From positions 15,728 through 59,708 of the forward strand of contig CAYGLM010000002.1 in assembly GCA_964350915.1 (NCBI GenBank): a stretch of 43,981 nucleotides of DNA. Direction: 5' to 3'. A model generated the notes under the pieces. The model was not told where the DNA came from. It searched no databases and saw only the letters and a list, made by a program, of their open reading frames with translations. This DNA is from an uncultured Gammaproteobacteria bacterium. Its GTDB lineage: Bacteria > Patescibacteriota > Patescibacteriia > Patescibacteriales > UBA12465. This document shows, one piece after another, positions 41,058 to 43,981 of this stretch (the first letter of the stretch is position 1; every line of letters begins with the position of its first letter). The position numbers were made by a program, and so were the translations under genes.

Positions 41058-41495
41058 ATGGTAAAGTCAAAAATCAGGCCGCGCAGCTTCAATGCCGGTC
41101 ATCCTGTTCATGATCACAGCTTCATTTACCGCCTGGTTACCAGCCAGCGGTTTTTAGCGATTGTTGGCCTAGCTTTATTGGTCTTTATATCTCTACCACT
41201 GGCTAAAACTTATAGTCAGAAGAAAATAATTGAGCAAGAAGTCGCTGAGATGCAAGAAGCCATTAAACGCTATGAGCGGGAAACTGCTGAGCTACAGGAG
41301 ATGATTCAATATTTAGATTCAGAACAATCTTTAGAATCGCAGGCGCGCCTGAATCTTAATTTAAAGAAACCGGGCGAGACTGTAGTAGTAATAGAAAGAG
41401 AAGAAGCCAAGAGCGTCTCAGGACGGCTTAGTTTAGAAAGAGTGGAAGAGAAAAGTAATTTGAAAAAGTGGCGAGAATATTTTTTCGGTATTTAA
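41058..41495 (+). CDS. Septum formation initiator family protein (FtsB/DivIC-like)
   Basis: A single TM helix (FLAIVGLALLVFISLPLA), a coiled coil (EQEVAEMQEAIKRYERETAELQEMIQYL), and the family tail SLESQARLNLNLKKPGETVVVI. Confidence 0.7.
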   Translation: MVKSKIRPRSFNAGHPVHDHSFIYRLVTSQRFLAIVGLALLVFISLPLAKTYSQKKIIEQEVAEMQEAIKRYERETAELQEMIQYLDSEQSLESQARLNLNLKKPGETVVVIEREEAKSVSGRLSLERVEEKSNLKKWREYFFGI

Positions 41496-41500
41496 AAAAT

Positions 41501-41526
41501 AAAAAACGAGCCATGCCCGTTTTTTA
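41501..41526 (-). terminator. Hairpin terminator after the tRNA pair, possibly also used by the convergent 41058 gene
   Basis: The - strand reads aaaaaACGGGCatgGCTCGTtttttt, a 6-bp stem with one G.U. On the + strand the same position is an A.C mismatch. Confidence 0.5.
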
Positions 41527-41531
41527 TAATT

Positions 41532-41607
41532 TGGAGCCGAGAATGGGGATCGAACCCACGACCTACGGTTTACGATACCGTTGCTCTACCAGCTGAGCTA
41601 TCTCGGC
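41532..41607 (-). tRNA. tRNA-Thr (anticodon CGU), 76 nt, with a genomically encoded CCA
   Basis: The reverse complement is GCCGAGA-TA-GCTC-AGCTGGTA-GAGC-A-ACGGT-ATCGTAA-ACCGT-AGGTC-GTGGG-TTCGATC-CCCAT-TCTCGGC-T-CCA. It folds as a full cloverleaf with a GTTCGATC T-loop. Confidence 0.9.
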
Positions 41608-41616
41608 CTAATGATG

Positions 41617-41688
41617 AGCGGGTGAGCGGAATCGAACCGCCTTCTTCAGCTTGGGAAGCTGACGTAATGACCATTATACAACACCCGC
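41617..41688 (-). tRNA. tRNA-Gly (anticodon CCC), 72 nt, with no encoded CCA
   Basis: The reverse complement has acceptor GCGGGTG ... CACCCGC-T, anticodon arm TCAGC-TTCCCAA-GCTGA, and T-arm GCGG-TTCGATT-CCGC. The 3' flank is CAT, not CCA. Confidence 0.85.
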
Positions 41689-41721
41689 TAAAGCCGCTAT
41701 AAATTTAAAGATGACAAAAAC

Positions 41722-41751
41722 ATTATAATCTTAAAGAACAGCCTTAGTCAA
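41722..41751 (-). promoter_or_regulatory. Sigma70-type promoter for the tRNA-Gly/tRNA-Thr operon (TTGACT-18-TATAAT on the - strand)
   Basis: The - strand reads TTGACTaaggctgttctttaagatTATAAT, about 33 nt upstream of the mature tRNA-Gly 5' end. Confidence 0.5.
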
Positions 41752-41766
41752 TAAAATCAAGAAATT

Positions 41767-43257
41767 ATGAAGAAAAATATAACAATCTTAGCTTTAGCTT
41801 TTTTGTTGCTAGTTTCTCCGTTAGCCGCACCAGTTGCTAATGCGAAAATAGAAATTAATCGTCATCCGCTCGCCTTTACGGCTGAGCCGACTTTATTTGT
41901 TTCAGAAAATAGCGAGCGTTATAAAATACCCTGGGAGTGGGAACCGTTAACCCCAGCTTATGAATATTCTTTTTTAACCCCCGGTTTTTATGACCCCAGT
42001 CGTCCTTTAGAAGTTAAGATTTACTATCCGCAGAAAAGCGATAGACTGAAACAGATTTTTTCTTTTGATTTTCTCTCTAGTGTTTGGCGACCAGTGCCAA
42101 CTAAAGATAATCCAGCGGAGCAGTATGTAAGTATGACAACTGACGCGACCTCTGCTTGGCTGATTGTTCTAGCTCAGCCAGAAGTAATGACCGTTGGTAA
42201 TGCTAGTTGGTATAAATATAAAGAAGGCTTATTTGCCGCTTCGCCGGATTTTCCTAAAGGCACAGTTTTGCGTGTTCATAATGTTAACAATGGTAAATTT
42301 GTCGACGTAACAGTAAACGATTACGGACCAGATCGTAAAATTCATCCCGATAGAGTAATTGACTTAGATAGAGTTGCTTTTGAAAAAATTGCACCGTTAG
42401 GGGCAGGGATAACAAAGGTGCGATTAGAGGTATTGAAGGAAATTCCAACCGCTGCCGCTAAAGCGGCTACGCAGTTATCAGAAAAACCAGTTATTACTGC
42501 CTCTTCCGCGATTATCATGATGGAGCACGATGGACGCGTTCTTTTGAATCAGGCTGAGAGTAAGGCGGTACCGATTGCTAGTCTGACTAAGTTGGTGGCT
42601 GTCCGAGTTTTTTTAGATACTAACCCTGATTTGAAAAAAATTGTGACTTACAAGAAACAGGATGAGCTGTATAATTATGAACATTGCGAACCCTGGGAGT
42701 CATCACGCTTGCGCGTCTCCGATGGAGAAACTATGACTGTGGAAAATTTGTTGTACAGCACCTTAGTTGGTTCGGCTAACAACGCGATTGAAAGTTTAGT
42801 GAGAGCGAGTAGTTTGAGTAGAGCGGAGTTTATTACGCGCATGAATAAAGTGGCGAAAGATTGGGGCGCCAAGGAAACTAAATTTGTGGAGCCGAGCGGA
42901 TTGGCCGTGGACAATGTGAGTTCTCCGCGCGATTATGCTATAATGACTAAAGAGATTTTCAAGACTCCTTTAATCCAAAAAATTAGCACAACTCAGACTT
43001 ATACTTTTTCTACTTTAAATACCAAGAAAAGTCATACTTTGAATAACACTAATCAGTTATTAAAAAATACCGCCTACGAAATATTGGGTTCCAAGACTGG
43101 TTATTTGCATGAAGCCGGTTACTGTTTAATGACTAGAGTTAAAACTCCTCAGGGAAACATGGTTGTCATTAACCTGAATTCCCGCACGAGGGCGGAAAAT
43201 TTCGCCGATAATGAAAAATTAATCCGTTATGGTTTGCGCGTTTTAGGGACGAATTAA
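41767..43257 (+). CDS. Secreted fusion of an RlpA-like double-psi beta-barrel domain and a serine-type D-Ala-D-Ala carboxypeptidase (S11/PBP5-like)
   Basis: Signal peptide MKKNITILALAFLLLVSPLAAPVANA. DPBB segment GNASWYKYKEG...GTVLRVHNVNNGKFVDVTVNDYGPD...VIDLDRVAFEKIA. S11 motifs SLTK (SxxK), SAN (SxN) and KTG (GSKTGYL). Confidence 0.8.
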   Translation: MKKNITILALAFLLLVSPLAAPVANAKIEINRHPLAFTAEPTLFVSENSERYKIPWEWEPLTPAYEYSFLTPGFYDPSRPLEVKIYYPQKSDRLKQIFSFDFLSSVWRPVPTKDNPAEQYVSMTTDATSAWLIVLAQPEVMTVGNASWYKYKEGLFAASPDFPKGTVLRVHNVNNGKFVDVTVNDYGPDRKIHPDRVIDLDRVAFEKIAPLGAGITKVRLEVLKEIPTAAAKAATQLSEKPVITASSAIIMMEHDGRVLLNQAESKAVPIASLTKLVAVRVFLDTNPDLKKIVTYKKQDELYNYEHCEPWESSRLRVSDGETMTVENLLYSTLVGSANNAIESLVRASSLSRAEFITRMNKVAKDWGAKETKFVEPSGLAVDNVSSPRDYAIMTKEIFKTPLIQKISTTQTYTFSTLNTKKSHTLNNTNQLLKNTAYEILGSKTGYLHEAGYCLMTRVKTPQGNMVVINLNSRTRAENFADNEKLIRYGLRVLGTN

Positions 43258-43267
43258 ATTAAGCGAT

Positions 43268-43948
43268 ATGATCACTATCAAAAATATTTCCAAAGCCTAT
43301 ACCCGCCAAGCAAAGATCTTGAGTGATGTTAGCTTGGAGATAGACCCGGGGGAATTTGTTTCCATTGTCGGTCAGTCTGGTGCTGGTAAAACCACGCTGG
43401 TAAAAGTATTGATTGGCGAAGAGCGAGTCGACAGTGGTCAAGTGGTGGTTGGCGATTGGGATATTACTAAAATTTCTAAACGGGAGGTACCTTATTTGCG
43501 TCGCCAAATCGGTGTTATCTTTCAGGACTTTAAATTACTTCCGAAGAAAACTTTAGGAGAGAATGTTGCCTTTGCTCTAGAAGTATCCGGCGGCAGTGCA
43601 GCAAAAATTCGCAAGATAGTTCCCAGTGTTATGAAGATAGTCGGACTTGAAGATAAGCAGGGTCGTTACCCGCACGAAGTTTCTGGTGGCGAAAAACAAC
43701 GAGCTGCTATCGCTCGTGCTTTAGTGCATCAACCGAAGATATTATTGGCCGATGAGCCGACGGGAAATTTGGACGCGCTTAATGCTAATGAAATTATTGA
43801 TTTACTTTTACGCATCAATCGTTTCGGTACGACCGTTATCTTGGTTACTCACAACAAGGAAATCGTTAATCGTTTAAATAAGCGCGTGATTACAATGGAA
43901 CAAGGCCAGATAATTAGCGATCAGGAGCACGGTAAATATCTGCTTTAA
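43268..43948 (+). CDS. ftsE: Cell division ABC transporter ATP-binding protein FtsE
   Basis: Walker A GQSGAGKTTL, signature VSGGEKQRAAIARAL, Walker B LLADEPTGNLD. 226 aa. Confidence 0.85.
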   Translation: MITIKNISKAYTRQAKILSDVSLEIDPGEFVSIVGQSGAGKTTLVKVLIGEERVDSGQVVVGDWDITKISKREVPYLRRQIGVIFQDFKLLPKKTLGENVAFALEVSGGSAAKIRKIVPSVMKIVGLEDKQGRYPHEVSGGEKQRAAIARALVHQPKILLADEPTGNLDALNANEIIDLLLRINRFGTTVILVTHNKEIVNRLNKRVITMEQGQIISDQEHGKYLL

Positions 43949-43959
43949 TTAATCTCTTT

Positions 43960-43981
43960 ATGTTATCTTTTTTTCGCATTA
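43960..43981 (+). CDS. Possible 5' end of an ftsX-like permease gene, truncated by the window end
   Basis: An ATG at 43960 lies 11 nt after the ftsE stop. Only 7 codons (MLSFFRI) are visible, so the call rests on the usual ftsE-ftsX adjacency. Confidence 0.3.

Overview
AT-rich chromosomal segment, coded almost entirely on the + strand. TGA is used as a stop, so the code is standard. The gene content and protein architectures look like a reduced Candidate Phyla Radiation (Patescibacteria) bacterium; this taxonomy is inference only. Most of the window is housekeeping: a UvrD-type helicase-nuclease 3' end, ruvB, queA, lepB, hisS, rpsU, rel, clpP, secDF, ftsA-ftsZ, nrdR-nrdD-nrdG, a DnaQ-like exonuclease, a DivIC/FtsB-like gene, tRNA-Gly and tRNA-Thr, a peptidoglycan-enzyme fusion and ftsE. 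Three things stand out. (1) A 15.8-kb same-strand locus (7273..23070, about 36% of the window) encodes three giant, very cysteine-rich extracellular proteins. Two of them begin with paralogous TrbC/VirB2-like (T4SS-pilin-like) two-helix hairpins. Four small bitopic membrane proteins follow, two with thrombospondin-type-3 Ca-binding repeats. This is my best candidate for an undescribed surface or host-attachment system. (2) The anaerobic ribonucleotide reductase gene nrdD is split. The 686-aa ORF stops just after its Zn-ribbon, and the glycyl-radical motif sits in a separate, same-frame 51-codon ORF that is missing from the supplied ORF track. The two are separated by a stop-rich gap. (3) A soluble TraD/VirD4-like ATPase carries a C-terminal CxxC zinc ribbon, and a Wzy_C-TPR membrane protein is coupled to a prepilin peptidase. 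Smaller observations are in-frame tandem repeats in queA and the ATPase, tandem NrdR boxes plus a DnaA box upstream of nrdR, a leaderless-type promoter geometry, and several duplications. All domain calls come from motif recognition by eye; no searches were run.
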